This document shows, one piece after another, positions 47,586 through 54,694 of a stretch of 64,000 nucleotides of DNA. This DNA is from Vicinamibacteria bacterium (GTDB taxonomy: Bacteria; Acidobacteriota; Vicinamibacteria; Vicinamibacterales; JAENWD01). A program made the position numbers and the translations under genes. The notes below the pieces were generated by a model, which did not search any database, had not been told where the DNA came from, and was given only the letters and a program-made list of their open reading frames with translations. Where the stretch lies: positions 69,633 to 133,632 of the forward strand of contig CAVOPA010000018.1 of NCBI GenBank assembly GCA_963697705.1, read 5' to 3'. Position 1 is the stretch's first letter. Each line of letters begins with the position of its first letter.

Positions 47586-47806
47586 TCCGAGGCATCGATC
47601 TTCGGGTCGAACGTCTTGCCTCCTTCCAGCCGTTCAACGGCGGCCTGCAGCGCCTCCAGTCGCTGATTGTCGTAGGTACGTGGGGCCCTACAATTCGAAT
47701 CCCAGTCACCCAGCCAACTCATCCGCAAGGCCGGGCCCTCTACCACTCACCCTGACCTGCTGACGCTATCCGCGGCGCAGCGCGGGCCACGCGGAGCCGT
47801 CGCACC

Positions 47807-47812
47807 TATAAT
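47807..47812 (+). promoter_or_regulatory. -10 box TATAAT only 8 nt before ATG 47821 (leaderless or near-leaderless mRNA)
   Basis: cacCTATAATCCCTCGgcATG. Same 12-mer as the pyrR promoter. No Shine-Dalgarno. Confidence 0.4.
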
Positions 47813-47820
47813 CCCTCGGC

Positions 47821-48900
47821 ATGACCCAGCCGCCCGTCATTCACGACGCGATGACGACGGACGGCGTGCGCATCGCATATCACACGCTCGGTGACGGCCC
47901 CCTGGTCGTCATGTTGTTTCCCTATCACGTCAATCATCTCCGTCTGAACTGGGGAGTCGAGCGGCATCGGCGCGGGATGGAATTCCTGGCCCGGTACTTT
48001 ACCGTCGTGAATCTCGACCTCCGAGGCGCGGGTATGTCGGAGCGCGGGGTGCGCGGCCTCTCCCTCGACGCGTTCGTCGAAGACATTGACGCGGTGCTCA
48101 AGCCGTTCAAGGCAAAGTCGGTGGCGTTCTGCGCAATGGGGCCGGCAGCTGCGACCGCGTGTCGCTTCGCGGCCGCGCACCCACTGCGTGTCGCCGGAAT
48201 CGTGTTCGTCAGCGGCGGCCACTCCGACGCCAATCGCCATCTGCTCGAATTGCGCCGCCTTAATCCATCTCTCGAGGCGCGAATCCGCGGCGCGCTGCTC
48301 GGCGGCGACGACGATTTTGAGACTGCGGCGAGCCTTGCCGCCGTCGCGCGCGACGCGCTCGATGCCGATGCGCTCCGGGAGTGGGAACAGCTGTTTCGCG
48401 AGACCCGGCTCGCCGAGCTCGCGCCGACGGTGACCGCACCGTGTCTGTGCGTGCACGCGGCCGATGATGATCTCGTCCCCATCGCCGCGGGTCGCGCGTT
48501 TGCCGATTGTTTACCGCACTCCACGTTCATGCCTGTTCCGGTGAGTACGGGCATGCAAATCTGGCGTGATCGGGGCACGCTCCGGGCCATCGCCCTCTTT
48601 CTGGCAGACCGGCTCGCCGTCGATTCGAGCGCGATCCGCCGCGGCGGACAGCGCGGCCTCGGCGATCACTTCGCGGCCGGGCTCAGCGCGCGGGAGGTCG
48701 AAGTTTTGCGCCTCATCGCCGCCGGCAGTACCAATCGCCAAATCGCCGCGGCGCTCTGCATCAGCCCTAACACCGTCTCGCATCACTTGCGGAACATCTT
48801 TGCCAAGACCGCGACTGGCAACAGAACCGAGGCGGCAGCCTTCGCTCACCGGTGGGTACTGGAGGACCGCCCGGCGACGCGATCAAAACTACACGGATAG
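47821..48900 (+). CDS. Alpha/beta-hydrolase-fold domain (nucleophile Ser replaced) fused to a LuxR-type HTH
   Basis: N-terminal ~270 aa hydrolase fold, but the nucleophile elbow reads FCAMGPAA instead of GxSxG. C-terminal LSAREVEVLRLIAAGSTNRQIAAALCISPNTVSHHLRNIFAKT. Confidence 0.85.
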   Translation: MTQPPVIHDAMTTDGVRIAYHTLGDGPLVVMLFPYHVNHLRLNWGVERHRRGMEFLARYFTVVNLDLRGAGMSERGVRGLSLDAFVEDIDAVLKPFKAKSVAFCAMGPAAATACRFAAAHPLRVAGIVFVSGGHSDANRHLLELRRLNPSLEARIRGALLGGDDDFETAASLAAVARDALDADALREWEQLFRETRLAELAPTVTAPCLCVHAADDDLVPIAAGRAFADCLPHSTFMPVPVSTGMQIWRDRGTLRAIALFLADRLAVDSSAIRRGGQRGLGDHFAAGLSAREVEVLRLIAAGSTNRQIAAALCISPNTVSHHLRNIFAKTATGNRTEAAAFAHRWVLEDRPATRSKLHG

Positions 48901-48959
48901 GCGATGTCCCGCCCCGCTGATGGGCGCATGATGATCCGAGCCGCCCTACGGAGGTCAGA

Positions 48960-49649
48960 ATGCGCCACGAGAAGTCCTCTTTCTCCATCCCGCCCCGCGC
49001 CAGCGGCGGGCCGCCGGGCTACGGCCAGGCGCTGAGCCTGGAGCCGTCCACGTCGGCCCTGATCGTGGTCGACATGCAGCGGTTCTTCGTTGAAGCCGTA
49101 CCGTTCGAAGCCATGCGGCGCGTCGTGCCGTCGATTGCGCGAGTTCTGGGCGCCGCCCGCGCCGCTGGAATGACCGTCGTGCACGTCAAGACGGAGTTCC
49201 GCGCGGACATGGCGGACGCCGGCCGCCGAGGATCCCGAACGCGGCAGATGATGGAGTCGGCCGGCGGCGGACTGACGCAAGGAGGTCCTGGCGCGGAGAT
49301 CGCGTCCGCGCTTGCTCCCGCACCGTCCGATCTCGTCGTCGTCAAGAAATGTTTCAGCGGCTTCGCGGCTACTGATCTGCACGACGTGCTGACCCAACGC
49401 CGGATTGAGACGTTGCTTTTCGCGGGTGGCACAACGACGGTGTGCGTCGAGTCGACGCTTCGCGACGGCATGTTCCTGGGTTACAACGCCGTGCTTCTCT
49501 CGGATTGCACTGCCGACATGAGCCCTGCGCTTCAGGAAAGCGCGCTTCAGCGGATCGATATGTTTTTCGGGTGGGTGTGCGACTCGAGCGATCTACTGGC
49601 GTGGCTAACTGGCGAACGTCTTAGTGCACGCTCCAGCGCCGATAGGTGA
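48960..49649 (+). CDS. Isochorismatase-family cysteine hydrolase
   Basis: ALIVVDMQRFF, VVKKCFSGFAATDL, LLFAGGTTTVCVESTLRDG (catalytic D-K-C triad motifs). Confidence 0.88.
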   Translation: MRHEKSSFSIPPRASGGPPGYGQALSLEPSTSALIVVDMQRFFVEAVPFEAMRRVVPSIARVLGAARAAGMTVVHVKTEFRADMADAGRRGSRTRQMMESAGGGLTQGGPGAEIASALAPAPSDLVVVKKCFSGFAATDLHDVLTQRRIETLLFAGGTTTVCVESTLRDGMFLGYNAVLLSDCTADMSPALQESALQRIDMFFGWVCDSSDLLAWLTGERLSARSSADR

Positions 49650-49886
49650 GGGAAACGACCGCAGGTATCGACGCCGCTGTGCTTAGAGAGGCCTGAAGGC
49701 CCGCGTTTGCTCCCGTCAGGGGGTCTGCATTTCGACGCTGAAGCTCTGACGCGAAGACGAGAATCGGTGAGCAGACGGAATCGAAGCACGACTGCGTTTC
49801 CGGCCGTACTACGACGAACTTCTGAACGCACGAACCGACCAGCGCCTCTTGGTTATCCGCGCTCAATCGGCAAGACTATCGCTGCC

Positions 49887-50363
49887 GTGACATCAGCCGA
49901 CCGACTCCGGATATACATCGATACATCGGTGCTGGGTGGGTGCTTCGATCCCGAATTCGCAACGTGGTCCAATGGCCTCGTCCGCGACTTCCGGGCCGGA
50001 CGGCTGATCCCGGTGCTGTCAGACGTGACGGCGGCCGAAGTTCAGGACGCACCCGAGCGGGTTCGGGAGCTTCACCAGGAGATCCTGACAATCGTCGAAT
50101 CGGTCCTGCCTCTCACCGAAGACGCCCTATCGCTGGTCGCGGCATATGCGGGCCGGAAGATCCTACCGACGAAATACGAGGCCGACATGCGCCACATCGC
50201 GCTGGCCACCCTCGACCGCGTGGACGCGCTGGTGAGCTGGAACTTCAAGCACATCGTCCGCCTCGAGAAGATTCGCCAGTTCAACGAGGTGAACGTACAA
50301 TTCGGTTATCAGGCCCTGAGCATCCTCTCGCCCAGGGAGGTGACGACCTATGAAGGCCCCTAG
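49887..50363 (+). CDS. PIN-domain protein (VapC-like toxin candidate)
   Basis: RIYIDTSVLGG..AAEVQD..EADMRHIALATLDRVDALVSWNFKHI acidic quartet pattern. GTG 49887. The upstream part of the track ORF looks non-coding. Confidence 0.7.
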   Translation: MTSADRLRIYIDTSVLGGCFDPEFATWSNGLVRDFRAGRLIPVLSDVTAAEVQDAPERVRELHQEILTIVESVLPLTEDALSLVAAYAGRKILPTKYEADMRHIALATLDRVDALVSWNFKHIVRLEKIRQFNEVNVQFGYQALSILSPREVTTYEGP

Positions 50364-50523
50364 AGTTCGAGCGGTGGAGATGGTCAGGCGGATTCGCGAC
50401 CGCCACGCGCGGAAGCTGCGCGGCAAGACCGCCGAAGAGGTCATTGCGTTCTATCGTGCGGCCGGCAAGGCAGCCGTGGAAGACGCACAGCGAGCCAAGC
50501 CGCGCCGTCGCCGGGCGAGCTGA
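50350..50523 (+). CDS. 57-aa basic protein overlapping the PIN gene end (possible cognate partner)
   Basis: ATG 50350 is 14 nt inside the PIN ORF. MKAPRVRAVEMVRRIRDRHARKLRGKTAEEVIAFYRAAGKAAVEDAQRAKPRRRRAS. Below the 60-aa cut-off of the track. Confidence 0.45.
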   Translation: MKAPRVRAVEMVRRIRDRHARKLRGKTAEEVIAFYRAAGKAAVEDAQRAKPRRRRAS

Positions 50524-50525
50524 CC

Positions 50526-50549
50526 ACTTGAAAGATTCTTGAAACTTTG
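50526..50549 (+). repeat. 24-nt AT-rich direct repeat, copy 2
   Basis: Identical to 47562-47585. Starts 3 nt after the stop of the 57-aa ORF. Confidence 0.8.
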
Positions 50550-50650
50550 CGCACGAAACGGGCTGTGAACGACCGAGACGATCCGAAGGTCAGAGCGAAA
50601 ACCCCAAGGAAACCGACGCAACCGGAGACCGTCGAGGTCTCCGGCTGCGT

Positions 50651-50694
50651 TTCTCAGCCACGGGACCGGGGTTCGAATCCCCGTACCGGTACCA
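50651..50694 (+). repeat. Direct repeat of the 3' 44 nt of tRNA-Glu (attR-like)
   Basis: TTCTCAGCCACGGGACCGGGGTTCGAATCCCCGTACCGGTACCA is identical to 47437-47480. No 5' half, so it is not a functional tRNA. Confidence 0.9.
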
Positions 50695-50708
50695 GCTCTC
50701 ATCACCCA

Positions 50709-50748
50709 CAGCCCCGTCGGCTCACGCCGACGGGGCTGTTCCATTTCT
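50709..50748 (+). terminator. Intrinsic terminator candidate at the islet boundary
   Basis: 13-bp stem CAGCCCCGTCGGC-tcac-GCCGACGGGGCTG followed by TTCCATTTCTG. Lies between the plus-strand islet genes and the convergent minus-strand gene. Confidence 0.55.
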
Positions 50749-50750
50749 GC

Positions 50751-51074
50751 TCAACGCTTCTTCGCCGCTGCCTTCCGACCGCGCGTCGATGTTGCTTTAC
50801 GGCCGCGCGTGGAGGTGGACTTCCGGCTGCCCGACGCCGAGGACCGCGCCGCGGTGGCGCTCCTTTTGCGCGGCGAGGACGCCTTTTTCGCGCCCGACGT
50901 CTTGCGGCTTCCGCGCGCCGCCTTGGTCTCGCCCGCCTGTGCGCGTTGCTTGTTAACCGTGCGCGCGGCAATCTCCTCGGCCCGATCCTCGCCCACGCCG
51001 CGTTCGAGCTCGGACTCCTTCACGTGCTCGTACTGCCGTTTGCGCTTTGTGCTGGTGACCCCGCGTGGTGGCAT
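50751..51074 (-). CDS. Small basic hypothetical protein (conserved N-domain plus Lys/Arg/Ser/Ala-rich tail)
   Basis: GGAGG 7 nt before ATG 51072-51074. MPPRGVTSTKRKRQYEHVKESELERGVGEDRAEEIAARTVNKQRAQAGE.., then KKASSPRKRSATAA..RGRKAAAKKR. Confidence 0.7.
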   Translation of the reverse strand: MPPRGVTSTKRKRQYEHVKESELERGVGEDRAEEIAARTVNKQRAQAGETKAARGSRKTSGAKKASSPRKRSATAARSSASGSRKSTSTRGRKATSTRGRKAAAKKR

Positions 51075-51151
51075 ACGCTGAACCTCCCTGGCCCTCGATG
51101 GCAGGCCAGGGTTACGCCGGAGCAAGACGCTGGCCACGGCGCGCCGTCGAG

Positions 51152-51239
51152 CAGGCTGCTGAACAACGCAGTCTGGATGCCGAATGTCGGATGTAGGAAT
51201 ACCGCCAATTCGACATCCTGCACTCTTCATGCAGGGTAG
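51152..51239. repeat. Copy 1 of a ~90-nt conserved intergenic element
   Basis: CAGGCTGCTGAACAAC (16/16 identical to copy 2) .. CTGGATGCCGAATGTCGG .. CCGCC .. CGACATCCT .. GCAGGGTAG. Located 78-165 nt upstream of the minus-strand gene start at 51074. Confidence 0.5.
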
Positions 51240-51361
51240 TGTCGGGTGACCGTTTCAATGCCCCTGCGAGCGTTTCGCCCAGGTGCTGGTCGGAGAGGGT
51301 TCGCCTTCGTCGGTGACGGGTTCCAGGCTCGGTCTGAACCTGGAACCCGAGTCGCACTGCC

Positions 51362-52105
51362 TCAGAACGGCCAGAGTCGGCCTTGCGTGCGCGAACCGCC
51401 GCGGGAGTCACGGTAGCCCTGGTCGTAGCCTTGCCGGAACGCGTCGCGGTAGTCGATCTTGTAACGGTCGCGTGAGCCGTAGCTTCCCTTGTAGCCCCGG
51501 TCCCCGTCGCGATACCACTTCTGCTTCTCCGGCGCGAACCGATCGCCGTCACGCCCATCGTCGAGGCCCTTCTCGTAGCCGTCCGCGTATCCCTTCTCGG
51601 ACGCCGGCGAGTAGTAGTTGCCGTACCCGCCGTAGCCGGCCGGATACCGGCCGCTGTTCGGGTAACGTGCGCTCGGATACCGTCCGTTGTCCGGGTAACG
51701 CCCGCCGTCCGGATATCGGGCGGAGTCCGGATACGGATACCCGTAACCTCGATCGCGAGGGATGGCGCGGCCGGAGCGGCTGTACTGTGAGTAGCTCTCG
51801 CTGTAGCCCCGCTCGAAGCCGTCTCTGAACGCCTGCTTGTACTGTCCGCGATTGCCGTATCGGTTGTCGTAGCCACGGTCGCCGTCGCGGTACACGTCGT
51901 TGCGCCGTGCGTTCGCGGTCCGACCATCGCGCGCGTCGCGTGCGCCCTCCGCGAGGCCCTCACGGTAGCCGTTGTCGTACGCCGAACCCTGCACGCCGTA
52001 GCCACCGCGCGGTGGCTGGCCCCACTGCGCCTGCGCGCCCGTGGGCGCCGCCCACGACAGCCCCGTGACGAGCAACGTGGCGAGTGCGTAGGAAAGTGTT
52101 CTCAT
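51362..52105 (-). CDS. Secreted low-complexity R/D/G/Y-rich repeat protein
   Basis: GGGGGA before ATG 52103-52105. Signal peptide MRTLSYALATLLVTGLSWAAPTGAQA. Two ~85-aa internal repeats (..YRDGDRGY..FRDGFERGY / ..YRDGDRGY..YRDAFRQGY) flank five RYPxxG units. High GC3 in this frame. Confidence 0.7.
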   Translation of the reverse strand: MRTLSYALATLLVTGLSWAAPTGAQAQWGQPPRGGYGVQGSAYDNGYREGLAEGARDARDGRTANARRNDVYRDGDRGYDNRYGNRGQYKQAFRDGFERGYSESYSQYSRSGRAIPRDRGYGYPYPDSARYPDGGRYPDNGRYPSARYPNSGRYPAGYGGYGNYYSPASEKGYADGYEKGLDDGRDGDRFAPEKQKWYRDGDRGYKGSYGSRDRYKIDYRDAFRQGYDQGYRDSRGGSRTQGRLWPF

Positions 52106-52325
52106 GACCGTTCCCCCAAGCAGCAGACTGGCACCGAGGGAAGGAGCAAGGGCGGGGCCGCGCGGGAACGACTCGTTCGTGGCTATTTCGCACGATTTTC
52201 GGGGCAATTCACTGCGCGCGGTTGTGTTGATGTGCTCGTCAGAGGACAACGGCTGACCGTTTCGTGCGACCTCGACGACTTTCGCGTGGGGGTGGACCCC
52301 GGCTAAACCGCACAGGCTGACTGTG

Positions 52326-53543
52326 TCACGGCACGCGAGCGCGCAGTCGACGCGCCTCGGCAGTCGTTGCCGGATCCCTGCCGAGCTCACCGAGCCTGGC
52401 CGCGTTCTCGTAAGCGACCCTCGCGCCCGCGTGGTCGCCGGTGCGATCCAGCACCTTGCCAAGCGCGAGATGCGTGCGAGCCCGCACCCACGGGCGCGCG
52501 TCCCCGTCGAGCGCGTCGAGCAGTTCGCGCCGCGCTCCGGCCAGATCGCCGCGTTCGAGGCGCACGAGCCCGCCCGTGTAATGCCAGAGCGCCGCTTCGC
52601 CGAACGCGCGCGGGCGAATGTCGCCGGCAAACCGTCGCGAGGCATCGGCGAGCAGTGCCTCCGCATCCTGCACATGCCTGGCCCGCAGCGCCGTCGAGGC
52701 GCTCTCGAGCCACAGGAGACGGTTACGCGGATAGCGGGAGCGCAGGTCGGCCACGACCCGCAGCGCCTCGTCAAACCGCCGCTCGCGGTTGTAGAGCAGC
52801 AGCAGCGCGAGCTTCGCCTCCGTCTGTGCGTCCGACGGGTAGCGCGCGGCATCCTCCAACAGCGCCAGACCGCGCTCGCGGCCGCCGCCAAACCCGGCGA
52901 GGTAGGCCATCAGCCGTGTTGGCGCCGCGAGTGTCGACACGAGATATCGGTAGGTGCCAAGGATCAGGCCCGCGTCCTTCCGCCGCGGGTCGAGCGCGAG
53001 CACGCGCTCGTGCTCGTCGTACGCGCGTCGGGCCGAGCGGAACGCGGCGAAGATGCGTCCCTCGATCGTGGCCATGTAGGACGCCCGCAAACCGATCGCC
53101 GCGCCGAGCTGGTAGTGCGCTTCCGCGTCCTTCGGGTGCTGCACGACTTGCGCTTCGGCCACCTGCACGGCGCGGTCCGCGTGCGCGCGGAAGGTGCGCG
53201 CCCGGTCAGGCGGTGCCGGCGGCAAGGTGCCGCCGGGCGCCACGTCGCCGAGGAACTCGTCGACCGAGAATGTGCCGCGGACAAACGTGATCTGCAGCCA
53301 CTGCACGATCGCGATCCCGCGGTGCGCCGCGACGTCATCGGGCTCGGCGGCGAGCGCGTCCGTGAACAGTGCAACGGCCTGCACGTCGTCCAGGTTGTAC
53401 GCGGCGTCGAAGGCGCGGGTGCGCAGTACTGCCGCACCTGTGGCCTGCGCCTGCGGCACCGCGTCCGCATCGATGCCGCCGGCCCCGTGCGCCGGCATCA
53501 ACGCACAGAACGCGACGCAGCTGGCGAGCAGCGCGGTCCTCAT
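52326..53543 (-). CDS. Secreted TPR-like repeat protein
   Basis: Signal peptide MRTALLASCVAFCALMPAHGAG, helical-repeat composition, and a C-terminal ..ARTHLALGKVLDRTGDHAGARVAYENAARL TPR-like unit. ATGA overlap with the upstream deacetylase gene. Confidence 0.8.
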   Translation of the reverse strand: MRTALLASCVAFCALMPAHGAGGIDADAVPQAQATGAAVLRTRAFDAAYNLDDVQAVALFTDALAAEPDDVAAHRGIAIVQWLQITFVRGTFSVDEFLGDVAPGGTLPPAPPDRARTFRAHADRAVQVAEAQVVQHPKDAEAHYQLGAAIGLRASYMATIEGRIFAAFRSARRAYDEHERVLALDPRRKDAGLILGTYRYLVSTLAAPTRLMAYLAGFGGGRERGLALLEDAARYPSDAQTEAKLALLLLYNRERRFDEALRVVADLRSRYPRNRLLWLESASTALRARHVQDAEALLADASRRFAGDIRPRAFGEAALWHYTGGLVRLERGDLAGARRELLDALDGDARPWVRARTHLALGKVLDRTGDHAGARVAYENAARLGELGRDPATTAEARRLRARVP

Positions 53544-54472
53544 TGCCCCCCGTTCTCTGCCGCCCGGTGCTCCGCGTGGGTGACCGCCACGCGGATCGTG
53601 CTCGCATGGATCGTGACGATCGCGTCGACATCGCGCGCGTATCCGCCGGCCATCGTCACGACGACGGGCAGGCCGCGGGCGTGGCATGCATCGAACACGA
53701 TTGCATCCCGCTGGCGCAGCCCGTCGATTGTGAGCTTCAGGCGTCCCCAGCGATCGCCCTCGTACGGATCGGCGCCCGCCAGGTAGAAGACGAGATCGGG
53801 CCTGTGCCGGTCGAGCACGCGCGTGACGTCGTCCTCGAGAGCGTCGAGGTACTCGTCGTCGGCGGTGCCGTCGGGCCACTCCACGTCCAGATCGCTCGTT
53901 TCCTTCCTGAACGGATAGTTGTTGCGGCCGTGGGTCGAGAAGGTGAAGACCGCGGGATCGTCGCGGAAGATTGCGGCGGTGCCGTTCCCCTGATGGACGT
54001 CGCAGTCGATCACGGCAGCACGCCGCACCAGGCGCTCCGCCGTGAGCAGGCGGATCGCGATCGCCACATCGTTGAATACACAGAATCCCTCGCCGTGGTC
54101 GGCGAACGCGTGGTGGGTGCCCCCTGCCAGGTTCGCCGCCGTCGCCGATGGATCGGCGAGCGCGTGGCGCGCCGCTCCGATCGTGGCGCCGACCGAGCGG
54201 CGCGATCGCTCGACCATCTCGGGCGACCATGGGAAGCCGATGCGGCGCTGGGCCTCCCGCGGCAGGGTCCCCGTGCGCACGGCGTGCAGGTACTGCGGCG
54301 CGTGCACCAGCCCCAGAGTGTCCCAATCCGCCGCAGGCGCCTCGACGAGGTCCGCCCGGCTCAGGATGCCTTCGGCCTCCAGCCGCTCTCGCAGCAAGCG
54401 GTACTTCGCCATGGGAAACGAGTGCTCCGGCGGAAGCGGCAGGACGAATCGGTCGGAGTAGAACGCTTTCAC
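53540..54472 (-). CDS. Histone-deacetylase-family (class-IV/AcuC-like) deacetylase
   Basis: FPMAKYRLL, GGTHHAF, VIDCDVHQGNGTA, ..LAGADPYEGD.. GTG 54470-54472 (VKAFYSDRFVLPLP). Confidence 0.88.
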   Translation of the reverse strand: MKAFYSDRFVLPLPPEHSFPMAKYRLLRERLEAEGILSRADLVEAPAADWDTLGLVHAPQYLHAVRTGTLPREAQRRIGFPWSPEMVERSRRSVGATIGAARHALADPSATAANLAGGTHHAFADHGEGFCVFNDVAIAIRLLTAERLVRRAAVIDCDVHQGNGTAAIFRDDPAVFTFSTHGRNNYPFRKETSDLDVEWPDGTADDEYLDALEDDVTRVLDRHRPDLVFYLAGADPYEGDRWGRLKLTIDGLRQRDAIVFDACHARGLPVVVTMAGGYARDVDAIVTIHASTIRVAVTHAEHRAAENGGQ

Positions 54473-54512
54473 AGGGTCAGCATCGGTCGAGCGACACGCG
54501 GCAGGCCAGTGG

Positions 54513-54610
54513 CAGGCTGCTGAACAACAGCCTGGGTGCAGAATGTCGCATGCGGGATGTAGCAAACCGCCGACATCCTACAGCCGTCCTCCGTTCTTCA
54601 CGCAGGGTGG
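54513..54610. repeat. Copy 2 of the ~90-nt conserved intergenic element
   Basis: Same blocks and orientation as 51152-51239. Located 41-138 nt upstream of the minus-strand deacetylase start, in a divergent intergenic region. Confidence 0.5.
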
Positions 54611-54694
54611 CCTTTTCATCACTAGCCTCTGTCACGCGGCACCGCCCGCGCAACACGAGCGGCGGGCCGCCGCGGTGGATAATGCGCAGACACA

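Larger units (their letters stand above)
47406..50694 (+). mobile_element. Integrase-less genomic islet remnant bounded by tRNA-Glu and a direct repeat of its 3' half
   Basis: 44-nt perfect direct repeat (47437-47480 = 50651-50694) plus a 24-nt AT-rich direct repeat (47562-47585 = 50526-50549). Four cargo genes. No recombinase ORF. Confidence 0.45.

Noticed and set aside
47417-47746. 109-aa minus-strand ORF overlapping tRNA-Glu
   Set aside because: Its C-terminal third is the reverse translation of the tRNA. The stretch QRLEALQAAVERLEGGKTFDP vaguely resembles the tail of ParD-type antitoxins, but it is too short and lacks an RHH N-terminus. At most it is a gene fragment.
51152-51239. Sigma54 (GG-N10-GC) or ECF (GAAC-N16/17-GTC) promoter inside the repeated element
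   Set aside because: The spacing between candidate boxes differs between copies (18-20 nt) or does not fit the consensus. Copy 3 lacks the GAAC block.
51112-52005. Alternative frame of the R/D/G/Y gene, giving a Thr/Ala/Arg-rich 297-aa product
   Set aside because: The chosen frame has an SD, a canonical signal peptide and high third-position GC. The alternative frame has none of these.
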